From the human T2T-CHM13v2.0 reference genome, Homo sapiens, in NCBI RefSeq assembly GCF_009914755.1, contig NC_060939.1: a DNA stretch of 64,000 bases; one strand, given 5' to 3'. Below are positions 40,144 through 54,410 of this stretch, one piece after another. Each line of letters begins with the position of its first letter. Position 1 is the stretch's first letter. The notes beneath the pieces are model-generated. The model was not told where the DNA came from, made no database searches, and saw only the letters and a list, made by a program, of their open reading frames with translations. The position numbers and the translations under genes are program-made.

Positions 40144-41501
40144 CATATAGGGAGAGCCACCATAAGGAAGGTTTTAAAGCAGTTCATTTGGCTCCTTCTT
40201 GTGTAAATTTCTTCAGCTGCATTCTTTCCTCCTGGTGGTCCCCATCTGCCTTCCCACCTCCCCAAAAAGAGACGACTTTGAATGCCCTTCTCCTGAATCT
40301 ATCCCAAGTGTTTAACACTGAAGAACACTTGAAGCCTTTTGCCTTCCAGGAACGTTGTTGCTGTGAGCCCCTGAGGCTTCCTCCAGTCTCCATTCATTTT
40401 TACACGCTTGTCTTCATGTTTTCATTTGTAACAAAACAGCACATTTGCATACAATTTTGTTTTGCAGAATGTTTTCTGGTATTATCACATTTGCTAATCA
40501 TTACAAATCCCTGTAGAATCTGTTGGGAAAGGTGTTGGTATGTCTAAGTTTCACTTAAAAACAATAGGCTGGGAAAGCTGCACAGGTGGCCGGCCTAAAG
40601 TGACACAGGTAATCAGAGATAGAGCTGAGCTCTCAAACTCAGGAGTCCTGACCCTAAACATAGGGCACATTGCACTGTCACCTTTTTAAAAATATTTTGT
40701 TTCTATCTGTACAATGGTGGTATTTTCATTCTCATGTTATCTCTATGTGAAAGTCAAGTTCTGAATTAGCCCATCACCAACTACTGAAAACTGCCACATC
40801 TCATCTCTGGTGGATGAAAGATGACTGGGCTTCCTAATTTTTTATTTTCATCTTCAGTAGCCTCAGAGCTCTCAGGCCAATTGGGAGAATTTCTTGTGTG
40901 TGATAACTCCAGTTTCAGGCCAGAGGCAGATGTCTGTCCCTGCAGCCAGGACCAGGTAGAAAGAAGAGCAAGGTCTAGCCCGAAGCCCACCCACTATGCC
41001 AGTTTAGATCCTGGGTAAAAGGATTCAGATACAGGGTCATCATAGCTTTCCAGTGAGGCTGGCAAAAGCCAGTGTTTAAGCAGAGGACCATACCCCACTG
41101 TAATTGTGGTCACATTTGGTCCAAGGATCTGTTATACCTGTGGTGGGGAAGGCAATCATATGTCTTACAGGAAGTTAGGGGGTCTTCATCCAAATGGTCT
41201 GTGCAACATTGAAGGGTCCCTGCTTGATCCTTCTAGGGACATTTGCTGACAATATTTGATAACAAGTGAACTACAGACGTATGTTATATTTACTGAGTGA
41301 TATGGATTTTAGCATCCAAACAGCGAGACAGTGGAAATGATTCATTTGATTGCTCTCCTACATACAATTGTTACTGGACTGCAGGATGTTTTGTTTATAT
41401 TTTAAGAATTTTATTTAACTGTAATAGGTAAATCATAAATGAGGAATTATAAAGGGGAAATTGACAGTTGGCTTTAAAATTCTTTTGTTATTTTAAGTTA
41501 A

Positions 41502-41816
41502 GGCTGGGCACAGTGGCGCATGTCTGTAAACTCAGCACTTTGGGAGGCCGAGGTGGGCAGATTGCTTGAGCCTGGGAGTTTGACACCATCCTGGGCAATG
41601 TGGTGAAACCCTGTCTCTACAAAAAATACAGAAATTAGCCAGGCATGGTGCTATTCCCCTGTAGTCCCAGCTACTCTGGAGGTGGTGGTGGGAGGATGGC
41701 TTGAGCCTAGGAGGTCAAGGCTGCAGTGAGCTGTGATCATGCCACTGCACTCCAGCCTGGGTGACAGAGTGAGACCCTGTCTCAAAATAAATAAATAAAT
41801 AAATAAAATGAATAAA
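41502..41816 (+). mobile_element. AluJ with (TAAA)n tail
   Basis: gcttgagcct, ggtcaaggctgcagtgagc, gagaccctgtctc. Confidence 0.95.
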
Positions 41817-41860
41817 TTACACCTCTGACATGTATTAGCCAATAGAATATTTTTAGAGTG

Positions 41861-42376
41861 TGTATTATTCAGGTGGCCAGAAGAAACAGATGGTACATTC
41901 AAATTAGGATGATTTGAGTAGTGTTTAATAAAAGGCCTCTTAAGATGGTGTGAGCAGGACATGGAAAAACCACAAAGGATGAAGCAGGACCCTGAGCTAG
42001 TCATAAAGTGGGGGACACCATTACCATCCTCAGGCAAAAAGGGCTGAGGGGAGCTAACAGTTCCTGGAAACCGCCATAGAGGGTAGGTGGACTTGGTGAC
42101 CTGCGGGTACTACCACCTCAGGGCAAAGGACATAGCTAGCCTGGGGTGAGCTTGCCAGGTGGGAGCCAAAGGAATACACTCCCAGCCCCACTCTCGCTCC
42201 TCCTCTTGTTCTCCTGCTAGTGCTCTTCATGGCCAAATCTAACCTGAAGTCAGTGTATGGAGCCCAGTGGATGTGGAATCTATCCAGGTATCCAGGTGGG
42301 TACCTCAGGGCAGAGAGGAAGCTGGGGAAGTATAGAGAGGGGATCACAGGGACAGAGGGAAGCAACCCAGCAGACA
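41861..42376 (-). mobile_element. LTR33 (ERVL) solo LTR
   Basis: gaaacagatggtacattcaaattagg...gtttaataaa...aaaccacaaaggat. Confidence 0.75.
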
Positions 42377-45300
42377 ATTGCCATAATCATTCCAACTTTT
42401 GAACCTTACAGTGATCTTATGAAAAAGCTGCACAGTTACTATCTCCATTTGTAAATAAGGAAACTGAGGCTAAGAGATAATCCCGTCCTGTCAAAGACAT
42501 TAAACTCATATCTTTTTTTCTACAAACGCTGTGCTGTCTCCTCTGCTTCAGGACAATGAGTTGGTGGGCCACTTCATTACAATACCATGCCCGATGGTGC
42601 ATAGCCCAGAGAGGAATCATTAAAAACTCAACTAGCTCCCAAGATTTTAAAATATCTCTAAATCGCCTCCGTATTTTCTTTGGTATCAGGGCTGAATCAC
42701 TATAGTGTCTGCCTTTGGTGAGTTTCAGTATCAATCTGACCTCTTGTGAGCATCTCCGAGGCGATGTAAGCTCTGGCGTCGTATTTTATAAACTCTTTTG
42801 GGGCTGCTTAAAAACGTTCCACAATGTGAGGCTTGTTTTATTTAATGGCTTACTGTGCCCATTTAAAAAAGATTCTCCTGTCCAAAGACCTCTCTGAGTT
42901 GCCCACACTCCAAGTCCTATAAAATGCAAGAAAACTATTCCATTGCCTGTATTTCCCAAGGCAGAGGGACATTTCTTCCTGCCTGGACAAAATGTTCCAT
43001 AAATTACCCAGAGCAAGATGCTTCCATGGTGACAGAGAAGTCAGCTAGTATTTATGCAAAGGTGAGAAGGCATAGTTTTCCTTCCTCATCAGGTATATGC
43101 CATTTGCATATCCTATTATCTGCTTATTAACCAGAGTGTCTTATAACAATGGCAGGTTGTGAAATGTGCACACATGGGCAGTTAAGCAACAAGCTCTCAG
43201 GGATTCGTCCTTCGATTACATCCCTGTAATGAAGAGGCAAAAGGCAAGGTTGTAATGATGGGATACTTGGCAATGAAACGAAATCAGAATTTGATCTAAT
43301 GCAACATGACTTGCTCATGGCACAGATAGAATATCAAATGATTCATGTGAAATTCAATCCTTGGAATAATCTTCCTATTACATCCATTGTTCTCTCATTC
43401 CCCTGAATGCTATACAAAACAGTATGTAAACTAGGATGGCATTAACACATTTTCCTTTATTTTAATTCAGTTTAATTGGGACTTCTATGTTCTAACTTAG
43501 TTTACTCTGGGTATATGTATGCCCTGGTAAGCTTAGTAATATGATGGGAAGGCAAAAAATGATGCTCCCTGGCATCCGGGTCATGCCCACTGGAGGTGGA
43601 TATAGAAAAGCTATTTCTTTGAAAGCAGGTGTACTCAGAGTTAAGGCATCTAAAATGCAGCATGGTTTTTGGAGTTTGCCATGTATTATTCTTAGGAACT
43701 TCTCAGAAATTAATTGTTTGGACTTTATCTGATGTTAAAATAACAGAAAGCATACAATGATATATTGCAAGGAAGAGAACTAACAGGTAAGTAGTCACTT
43801 AGGGCTACGTACTCCGATAGATACTCAGAGTATCTATCAGACATACACTGTCTGACTGGATTTCCATGACAACTCATGAGGAAACAATTACTGTGTCTGT
43901 TTCTGCTCTTTCAGAGCCCTTCTCAGCCAAATCAAGATGCTCACGGTGGGGGATAAGGTAGTCTATGGGAAGGGTTATGCAGCAAGGGTCCTTTCTACTT
44001 TGAGCTGCCAGAACAAAGGCTCTCGAAGTTAGGATCTTGCTATTTGGGACATTCAGACCGAATCCAAATCTCCAGGTCTGGGCTTTGGTTCCTCTGCCAA
44101 AGCTGCACATGCTGCTCAGTAAAAAATAGCTCTTGTTTCTTTCCGGCACCTGGATGATCATTGCCAGCTTCATCCTCAGCTGGAGTGGCCTGGGGTCCCC
44201 CTCCAGCCTTGCTGCTTGTCTGCCCCCCAACTCCTTGTGATGGGATGATGGGATGTAGACCTTGCTCCAGGATTATCAGGCACCTCATCCCTTTCTCAGT
44301 CCTCTCCCAGGAGGAACACATTATACACGTTGTATTAATTCCAGAGTTAGGTCTCTGTCTCTGGAGTGTTTTTGATCAGACATTTAGAACATTAGTGAGC
44401 TTCTCTTTTTTAAAATGCAGAAATATTAAATGGACAAAATAAAACCAGAGTAATTTAGCCAATCTATTCATTGTCCTAGAGAAGACGTTTAAGGCCAATA
44501 AAATTCAAATCGATTTCTGTCTTTGCTTAAAAAGAAATTTAAGCACCAACAAATGAGCCTTTTTTTTTTTTTTTTTGAGAAAAGCAAGGCTCTCAGCTTC
44601 TCTTGCCATTGTAGTGTGGCTGCATTGCCAGGTCCTGCTTTAAATTTGAAGGTCACATAGTTAACTTATGATAAATGATACTACATTGAGGTTTGAGCCA
44701 AGGCAAAGAGTGTGGGAAAGCTTATAAGAAAACCATTAAGCCTCCAAATTTGCTGACCTGTGAGGACTCTGAACTGAAAATGTAGAGATTCTTGTGGTAA
44801 GTATGTACTTGTGAAGAAGCCAGAGCGGGTATTACTGGCTGAACCAAGGTCAGAGGAAAACAGGGTATCAGAACCTGACAATAACCCCATTTAAGATTTT
44901 TACAAACTTGTATTTACAAACCTGTCCTCTGAAATTTCAGATTTGCCTTTTTCTTTTTTTTTTTTTTTCCTTCTCTAATTGGATAGAAGGCCTGCTATAA
45001 ACTGCAGGCTTAAGTGAGCTTTTGAAAAGCACTTTCTAATATTGCTTTTTCTGTACAATATTTTCTTTATGTTTGATAGGGCTTTGCAGCCAAGCTGATT
45101 CTAACAGGGCCGACTGTTGGCTTTCTACTCATTTATCCTCAGTTTTAATATTACCGGCATACTTTTTTGTTGTTGTTTGTTTTGCCTTGTTTTGATCTTA
45201 AAATTTGTAGGCTCAAGAATAAACAGTTTAAGTTAGAGATAACTACGAGCTATTTAAGATGCATCCTATCATAAACTTAAGTAATTCACATCATTTCTCA

Positions 45301-46234
45301 TGTCCTCAGATTGCTTGCCTGTGTAATGAAGGCATGTCCCCCTTTTGTCAACTGTGAGAATTTCGTAAAGGCTTCCTGTGTGCCAAGAATGACCAAAATA
45401 CTCTACATTCGTATATACGTTGTCCCATTCAATCTGCAAGTCATCCTACGAGCCAGTTACTACAATTATTTCCAATTCTGTAGAGGAGGACGCTCAGGCT
45501 CAGAGACGTTAAATAACCTGGAAGGCATGGAGGGCAAATTCGGGCAGTCTATTAAGGCACTGTACTAAAATGTTTCAGTACCTTCCTGCCTGAATAGTCT
45601 TTGACTTTGTTTTTTAATATAAAGATTCACATTGGTTTAGCTATACTAAAATATTAACTCTAATGATATCCTCTGAATGACAAAGGAATACTTGATTTCT
45701 TCAAAATTTAACGTGGCTTATACGTTGATGATGGCTGCTGAATATATTTTCCTACAGATTAAGTCTTTCTGTGAAAGAGAAAGGCTGAGCAGAGACATCC
45801 CAAGCTGCTTGGCATCCGTTTTCAGGGAAGATACTTAGTAATAATGGAAGTAATTGTATTTCTTCACTCCATAAGCAGAAGTAGAAATAAAAACAACACT
45901 TAAAAATATATATAGCATATTTTGAATTTTAAACCATCAATGGTGGTTTTTTATTCTTATGACAATACAACCATAGAAGCAACATTTTTACATTTGAGGA
46001 GATTGCTGCTTTGATTTTATTTGGATTTTTATTTCGGGGTCTCAAATTGTTATACCTCTTACCTAAGGTGTCCAAGAGAACACACCTCTAAGGTGGAGGG
46101 GAAACGGGGGAATGGAAGGACCTTGAACACATTTGACACAGTACATTATAAGACAATGGCCACTTTACTGTCAGAGGCAGATGGAGACTGGCTTGGAAAT
46201 AGATATGGTAGCTTTGCTATCATCCGTCTATCTG

Positions 46235-47540
46235 TCTATTCATTAATTCAGTTCTTTAATAAATATGTATTAAGTGTTTACTACATGTCAGGGACAGGGC
46301 AAGCTTTACCATTACCAAAATACCAAAATGTATGACAAAGGTCTTAGTCTCGGGAACCTCCCAGTCTAGTGAAGCAGACAGATAAGGGAAACGATAACAA
46401 CAATGAAACCACCTTTGCACAAATTATAACTGAGAAAATTTTTACAGCAAAAGAGATCTGACCTAACCGACTCCATCTTGTTTGTAACCTCCAAACTCTC
46501 CTTGCCCATTCCTAGGCATAGGTTAAACTAACTTTGGGAGGAACTTAGCTTGTAGTTTAGCTTTGAAAGAAAGACAATGACAGCCCTTTCTCGAAACAAA
46601 CCTCCTTCCTGCCTGGGGACTAGACTGCCTTTGCAGGACTAACAAATTAGCCACAAGATTAGAAACTATGGTTTAGGAGTCACGCAGCTGGAGGCTGCAA
46701 GATTCTAAACCTCTCCAAATTGCTTCTAGGGATAACATTATTATTGTAACACCTAAGATCAGTGCTTGAGATATTTTGCAGACCCTGCACTCGAAGGATC
46801 AGCTGGCACCACCAAGATCGATAAACTGGCTCATCTGGTTTTATGGCCCCCACCCAGGATCTGGCTTAGCGCAACAGGGCAGCTTTGACTCCCTATGATT
46901 TCATCTCCGACCTGACTAATCAGCACTCTCGGCTCACTGGCCCCCTGCCTACCAAATTATCCTTAAAAACTCCAGTCCTCAAGTTTTCAGGGAGACTGAT
47001 TTGAGTCATAACAAAACTCTGGTCTCCCGCATGAATTAGTCATTCTCTATTGCAATTCCACTGTCTTGAGAAATCGGCTCTGTCTAGGCAGTGGGCAAGG
47101 TGAATCCATTGAGCGGTTACAACGACAGATTACTAGAAAGTGTAAATAGAAGTATGAGAGAAGACAGTGTCAAATATGGGGATACTTATTTCAACCCCTG
47201 TGATGGCCAGGGCATGCTACCTAAATCAGAGTCTTAAAAATTGGGTAGGTATAGTATTTTCCAAGTGATGAAGTGGAGGGAAACTTCTAGACATGAGCAA
47301 AGAGATAAGGATTTGGGTAATGGCAACAAACTTAATTGAATAGAGCTAGAACTTAGGGTGTGCATGAGAGAATAGGGAGAGCTAGGAGAGGTGGCATACG
47401 GGAGCCAAGTCAAAAAGGGCTTTGCATGCTGTGCTGAATACCTTGAACCCTTTCTTAGAACTAGCAAAGAATATTAAGGCAAAGGATGTCATAATATGAT
47501 TTTTAAAAAGACAACATTGGTGGATAGTGTAGAGAAAGAA
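46235..47540 (-). mobile_element. L2 3' region, interrupted by LTR8
   Basis: attcattaattca...aaatatgtattaagtg tail; L2-like sequence resumes after 47121. Confidence 0.65.
46404..47121 (+). mobile_element. LTR8/LTR8A (ERV1) solo LTR
   Basis: TGAAACCACCTTTGCA...GCGGTTACA; 4-bp TSD acaa/acga. Confidence 0.9.
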
Positions 47541-47839
47541 ACGCTTAATTTTTCAACTCAATGATTAGACTTTGTATGTGGAACTCTTCTTGTTAATCAG
47601 CAAGGACTTTTGAGAGGCTTCTAGAAACCACTGTCCTTCAATTGAGGGAGGCCAGCAGTACCCAATTTGGGGGAATGCAGAAAGCAGGAAATGGGCAATT
47701 GACTGATAGTTTGGAGGTGAGAACACCTGTTTGCATAATTTAGAAATGAAATATAAAAAGTGCATGACCATAACAGAAGCAATCATGAGAAATCATTTGT
47801 TGTCTGATTTTGGCCAATAAAATATCAATGGAAACTTAA

Positions 47840-48191
<352 letters not shown>

Positions 48192-50229
48192 AATTATGGA
48201 TTTTTTTTTTTTTTTAATGTCGGCATGATATGGCAGGGCCCAGAAGCCAGGTTGTTCATCACCGGCCCATTTTTATGATATTTCCTCATTTAAAATTTGA
48301 GCTGAGGAATTGGCAAGGGAATGGGGGAGTGGAGAGGGTAGGTACTTGGCAAGCTGCTGTAGTTTGGGGGTGCTGAGATGAAAACAAATCAGCAAATACT
48401 TCATTATTTAAGTCACCACAGCTATTTGTACAGTTATAGTCCTAATTATATGTTTGTCTACGCTACCGGATTTAGTTTAAATTGCATTATTCTGGAGAGA
48501 AGGAACTAGATTTATTCAACTTGACTTTAGCCTAATTATGGATAGATGCAAAAAGGTAACATTTAAACACAGCTTGTCATTCCTGTTAATAGATTTCTTT
48601 TCTAAATCTCCTAAATACTAGTGATTGAATAATAACTTCAATAATGAGTAAATAATTTAAACCATCTTGTGTAATAAAAATGCCCTAGAGTTCTATAATA
48701 ATGTATTATTTTAAAATTATTCTTACATATGTTGTTTTATATGATTCTCTGAGACCTCTACATCAGTAGACTTGATTTTTAATGTAGAAAAATATAGGGT
48801 AAGGGCTTTGAAAAGTCCCTGGGCTCGTCCTCTTTTTTCAAGGGCCTTGTGCATCTTATTTCTTCTATCACAACAAACCTTTGATGCACAGTTGTTCTAA
48901 GAGCATGACTTTGCAGCCACAAAATACTGCACTTACAAATGCATCCTTTGCTCTGACTTGTGAATTACTCAGCCCATGCATAAAATGTCATGTTTGAATT
49001 TTTATGGATTCCAGGAGAAATCTGGCCAGTTGGAATCCCTTGCTTAGTTCCCTTCAACTTGGCTGAATGGGGCTAGGCAATATTCTCTAACTGGTCTGCT
49101 GCATATGGGCTAATATTTCCCATCATGTGCCCTCGCCAGTCCCACGTTCCCTATTCCCATTTAAAAATATGCTATTTATGATTACAGTTGACTTATCCCA
49201 AAGGAGTACAGTGGTCATAATATAAAATGGAATAGAGAGAGAGAGAAAAATAAAGCCAGTGTAAGCTGGTTTCTCAGTTTCTGCCTATGGTGGGGGAGAT
49301 GCGAGAGAAAACTACTTCAATCTGGAATCAATTATGTAGCATGATACATGACAAGAAAGGAACTAAACAGATGGAAAAAGGGGTGAATAAAGAGGACAAC
49401 CCACCTGAACCTAATTATGTGCACCTACACTTGGAAGTCTTTTTGCCAGACATCTTGAATAGTTCAGGACTAGGTGGAGGAGATTTCCCAAGGATTCAAT
49501 GTAAAAATGCAAACCTCAATGGTGAACAAAGAGTTCACGTAAAAAGAATAGGAAAATCATTCTTCGATGGACACCTGGAATGGAACATTTAAGTCCCTAA
49601 GTTTTATACTCATATATATCCTACAGATCTTGGCACCTTCTGAGAGCTGATACATTTTAGATACTACTTTAGAAAAGGAATATTGGAATGCTTTGAAAAC
49701 ATGGTTTCCATTATTTAAAGGGCAAATTTAGAGGGCATGGTGTATTTAAGAATTGTTTTATTGGGGCATTTAGCAAGATTCTATGTGTTTAGCAGGTCAT
49801 TGGTGGAGACCGGGGTGACACTTGGCCGAAAAATTAATATTAGTCTCCGAAGCACAAGGGCTGGAGGAGAGGAGGGAGGTGGGAGAGAGGGTGGGCAACA
49901 TTAGTTGAGTATCTGTTGTCTACCGGGAGCTTTGGCTTATAATTTCTCATGTGATTTGCAGGATTCTTTGAGGTATGACTTATTATTCTTCATTTATAAA
50001 TTAGGAAATTGTGTCTCATATTAGAGAATTATGCAGTTAAATGCTGATAAAGACTCAACTTCTGGAACCAGCATAATTCCCATTAGATTGGAGTGTTTTA
50101 ATAAAGAGAAGAGAGAAATGTGGAGGCTGGGTTTCCCCAAGACCGGGCCCCCGGAGGTCCCTGCCACGCTCCCCCTTTCCTCTGCCTATTGTATGTTATT
50201 TGTACCACAGCTATAGTGCACGATATAAC

Positions 50230-50836
50230 TGGTTGTACTGCAGTTTTATTGTCAACACAGTTACACTGGGGTGGGACCATTGTTTCCCAGAATCTCTTTC
50301 CTTGTTTTGTTCCAAGTTAGAGTTGGCCAAAAGAGGAATTTGTAATGGATTTGGGAGGTGGGAAGAGAGCAGCTGTTATTATTCTGTGAATATCTTGGTA
50401 AAATGTGGTGACCAGACTGAGGCTGAGATTTGCGGGTTCCAGCTTGTCCTTGCTCTCCACTGCTGTGAACTTGGCTTTCTTCCTGACTACCAAGCCTGCT
50501 GACCAACAGTGACCCCAGGCTCACCGCCACATGCTTAGTGATGGATCTGCAGAGGCCACGGTTCCCCAGAGGCCACGGCTTCCCAAAGCCTTCTTCATAA
50601 ACGCTCCCTTCACAGGCCCATGTTCCCTCACATACACCGCTTCTGATTTGCCCACCCTTCTAAGGCTTCAGGCAGACTGCTTAGTGATGTTTTCTCTGAT
50701 CCTCCAGTGTCCGCTCCAGACCTTCATTTCCCTCGGCAGCTCCCACATTTGTGAAGGTCTAAGTCCTGCCACGAACCACTCAGCCTGTAGCACTTCTAGT
50801 GGCTGTCCTTCCCTGACTGATTCCCGACTCATACTA
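50230..50836 (+). mobile_element. Old ERVL-type solo LTR (LTR50-like)
   Basis: tttcccagaatc...gttagagttggccaaaagagga; 3' end ccttccctgactga...gactcatac. Confidence 0.55.
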
Positions 50837-51739
50837 TTGCAGAGAACTATGCATTTGCTCATCTCATTCAGTTCCTTATTTGGGGAAGGAACTCTGTTGT
50901 TCCACATGAGGTCCTGCACTGTTCTTTACATGTAGTAAATGTTCAGTAAAGGTGTATTAAATGTTCAGAATGGCCTATTTTAAGGGTTAGTGAAAGCTCT
51001 TCTGTTGAACTTAGGATATTGAGAAAATTTATCTCCAAAATTAGAAGATTTTATTCTCTCAGTCTGGCTTAATCCCACCTGTGAGATTCATGTTTATAAC
51101 ATCATAAACTCTACGTCCCTGTTTCTCACATCTTGTGAGTCTTGTGAGAAATGCTGAGAGTAACCATACTCCCTGGAACCCTTGGGGAAGTGCAAGATAA
51201 GGTGGGAAAATGATGGCATTTGCAGTCAGAAGATCTAGATTGGGGTCTCAGTGCTCTTACTTGCTGGCAGCATGACCTTAGTCGAGCCAATCTCAGCTGT
51301 GGTTTCTTCAAAATTTGTTTGTGGATAATAATACCTAGTTTATAGTTTTGCTCTGTGGCTAAAAAAATATAAAAAGTTTATAAGTTACAAATGTTTGTGA
51401 ACATTAGTTACTACTTTACCTATATACATGTTTGGAAAGTATGTAAAGCCTTTGGGGGTTAGCGAGTTAACTAGTCCATTACTGCTATATAGTTTATGTC
51501 ATCAAAATGCAGTTATTAATAATTTCTAACTTGATACACATCCACAGGATTTCACAAAATGGACTGTATCACCACGTACCATGTAATTCCTCACCCCCTG
51601 CTCCATTGGGTTGACTTAACATGTAATTATTTCATTATAGAGTTTTTGGCCAGGATAATCATGAAGCTAAGCAGTCTATTATTTTCAGAATTCATTTTCT
51701 TCCTTTTGGGAATGGAAACAACATCTCTTCACTTAAAAT

Positions 51740-53880
51740 AATTGCAGATATATTGGGGCTTAAGTCTGTTTATTGTTTTCCATTTCCTCTGTTTCTTGTT
51801 TCTGTATCTTTTTTCTCGCCTTCCTATGGGCTACTCAAAAAAAAGGTTGAGTTCTATTTTGTTTTTTAAATAATATTTTCACCATATTACCTTATACAGC
51901 TTTCTCAGTGATTGCTCTAGGTATTAACATATATATATCTCAGTACAGGCTACTGGTATTGATGTTTTATCCATTTCAAGTATAGACAATGTACTTTTAT
52001 TTAGGTCTCTATACCTCCCTACGTTTTCATATAATTGTCTCAAGTATTCCTTCTACCCTTCTACGTACATTGAGCACATACTGTGTATTGTTATAAGTAA
52101 TAGGAATGTAAAATATAACTCAAGAAACTCATTAAGTGAAGGATATCCTACTATGTTTACCTTTATTTTTAATCCTTTCTATTCTGAATGCCATAGCCTA
52201 CTTAATGTTATCATTATCTTTCTGTTGGAGAGCTTCTTTAAGGGTAGGTGTGCTAGCAATAAATTCTCTTAGTTTTCCTTAATTTGAGACTATCTTAATT
52301 TCCCTCTTCCCAAGGGACAGTTTTGACAGGCATTGAATGCAGAGTTGATGATTCTTTTCGTTCTTCAGCTGAAAAAAAATGTTTTGCCTCTTCCCTCTTA
52401 ACTCCGTGATTTTAGATGATAAATCTGCTGTCATCTGAATTAAATTCTGTATAATATGTCTTTTCTCTCTGGCTGTTTTTAAGATTTTTTTCTTTAGTTT
52501 TCAGAAGTTTATGTTGTGTCTTGGTATAAATTTCTTTAGTTTTAATTTGTTTGGGATTCATCTGGCTTCTTGAACCTGTAGGTTATGCCTTTGCTTCTTT
52601 TGGGAAATTTTTAGCCTTTCTTTTTTTCTTAATCTTTTCCATTTTATAGCCTTTCTCTTCTCTTCTCCTTCTGGGATCTTTTGTTATTGTCCCGCAGATC
52701 TCCGAAGCTCTGTTCATTTTTTATTTCCAGTCTATTTTCTCTGTTCAGATTGAGTAAATTCTATTAATCTCTCTGATTTGAGTTCACTAATTCTAACTTT
52801 TATTATCTTCACTCTATTAAGTCCATTCAGCAAGTTTAAATTTTGAAAGTTTTTAGTTCTGTAATTTTCATTTTATTCCTTTTTATAATTTCTATTTCTT
52901 TTCTGAGATTTGCTACATTTTTTCCTTTTTCCCAGGATAATTTGTAATTGATTGTTGAAACCTTTTTACAGTGGGTACTTTTAGCAGATAATTTTAACAT
53001 CTGATCTCCATATAGCTATCAATTGACTGTCTTTTCTAATTCAAATTGTGGTATTCCTGGTTCCTGGCACAACAGATTTTTATTTTATCTTGAACACTTC
53101 ATTATGTTAGGAGGCTCTTGATCCTATTTAAATCTTTGATTTTAGCAAGCAGTGGCTTTGTTTAGGTTTATCACAGGTTCTAGGCTCATTCTGTGAGCTT
53201 TAATTCCAATGATAGTAGTGTTCAGAGCCCTGGCAATGCTCTTCTGGGGTGCTGTGTTTTTCTGGTGCAGCTGGAACTTCACAGTCCCCACTGATGACAA
53301 CTACAAGAGTGGAAGGCACTTCCCTGGGTTGCCTGGTGTCACTGGTCCACTTTCTATAGAAGGACAGGGTCAGGAGACACCAAGCCTGAGACTCATGACA
53401 CTGGGTGGAGAGCAGGGAGACACTGGGTTTCACTGCTGCTGCCACTGTCAGCAGAGCAGGCTGCCCACCAGTGCCCTAATTGTGCAGGAGGTTTGCTGCT
53501 CTGGGGCAGGTGAGTGAGACCACCTGCTGGTTGTGGAGCAGAAGTTGAGCTTCCCTGACTTCCCAGACCTTTAGCCCTAGAGACTAGGCTTTTCTTGTTT
53601 GCTTCATATTTTGCTTGCTTGTTTTTGTCTATGCTTTTTGGTGGTTTGGGGTTGCAGATCTCTCCAGAGCCTAGTCTGGGGCATGTGGGCGGTAAGACAA
53701 TAACCAGAAACCTTACAACATCGATGTTCCTCAGGTCCTAAGATCTCTAACAAGTCTGCCTTCTTTCCAGTTCCCACAGTCCCTTTATTGTTACCTGTTG
53801 AATAATTTCCAGTGTATTTAGTTGTACTTAGGTGAAGGAAAAGCAAATCTGGGTTATCTTTTTCTAGAACTGGAGGTCTA
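51740..53880 (-). mobile_element. Old L1M ORF1 and 5' region
   Basis: Antisense motifs aaattctcttagttttcc, ctctggctgtttttaagattttt, ggcttcttgaacctgtagg. Confidence 0.8.
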
Positions 53881-54271
53881 TCTACTTTTGATAAGGAGAA
53901 ATGTTCATTATATATTATGTGAACTTCTAAAGTTTGAAACACTATATATAGCATGAACCCATTTTTAAACATGCAGATTATATTTAGGCATAAAAATTAG
54001 TTTAAAGAAATATACAACAAAATATTAGCAATGGTTATTTTCTGGATAATGGTAATTTTTAAAGTTTTCATATTAATATTTTGATTTTAAACTTATTTTT
54101 ATAAGAACTTATATTGATTTTATAATCTAAAAATAAAAGCTAGATCTTTTCTAATTTTGACAAGAAAAGGCTTATGGTGGGTAATATGCTTGTGGTTTTT
54201 AAATCCTTGAAGAACTGTCAAAGTAAAGAGGGATTAAACTTGTAATATGCTCTTCCCAAAGGCAAAATTCA

Positions 54272-54410
54272 GAATGAGAAATATTACACAGAGGGACTTT
54301 TTGGCTTAATTTACTAGACAGTTTTTGTGAAACCAATTTTGAATGACAAAAATTGCAGAGAGGGACCTTTTGGCTTAATTTACTAGAGAATTTTCTGTGA
54401 ACAAATTTTG
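54272..54410. repeat. ~69-bp tandem duplication within a probable L3 remnant
   Basis: gaatga...gagggac(t/c)ttttggcttaatttactaga...aattttg at 54272 and 54341. Confidence 0.9.

Noticed and set aside
49874-49895. Canonical G-quadruplex motif
   Set aside because: The motif is real but very common, and there is no supporting context.
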